A stretch of 64,000 nucleotides of DNA from Malacoraja senta. Lineage: Eukaryota. Below are positions 63,997 through 64,000 of the stretch, in pieces. The position numbers were made by a program, and so were the translations under genes. The notes under the pieces are model-generated. The model saw only the letters and a program-made list of their open reading frames with translations, did not search any database and was not told the origin of the DNA. The DNA lies in NCBI GenBank assembly GCA_038087875.1, contig CM075985.1, forward strand, positions 16,616,001-16,680,000. The letters are read 5' to 3'. How positions within the stretch are numbered: position 1 is the first letter of the stretch; the number at the start of each line of letters is the position of its first letter.

Positions 63997-64000
63997 TAAT

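Noticed and set aside
43886-64000. Preceding exon (...AVHIPTDIYEG) expected upstream of exon 7
   Set aside because: Not found by eye; it probably lies beyond position 64000.

Overview
This is vertebrate genomic DNA; the repeat content (HE1-like V-SINEs, HER1/CR1 LINEs, Penelope-derived elements) points to a cartilaginous fish, probably a skate or ray. The window appears to lie entirely inside one large minus-strand gene, the voltage-gated calcium channel subunit alpha2delta-1 (CACNA2D1). Four exons with canonical splice sites are found: 43754-43885, 29141-29210, 21861-21911 and 21660-21759. They are 132, 70, 51 and 100 nt and correspond to human exons 7-10 as recalled. They splice in frame into the dCache amino-acid/gabapentin-binding segment and the start of the VWA domain (MIDAS DVSGS). 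The rest is intron, heavily filled with CR1, L2, Rex1/Babar, Penelope and SINE fragments plus several non-autonomous DNA transposons. Nearly all ORFs in the supplied track are repeat-derived or spurious. The main leads are: (1) an abundant family of short, TSD-flanked Penelope-derived elements carrying a minimal hammerhead-ribozyme motif; (2) two candidate frame-preserving microexons, one directly after the RRRP ligand-binding motif; (3) a 1 kb TIR element with a 7-bp TSD; (4) several locally templated patchwork duplications. Repeat boundaries are approximate unless TSD/TIR positions are given. All assignments are by eye, without database searches.
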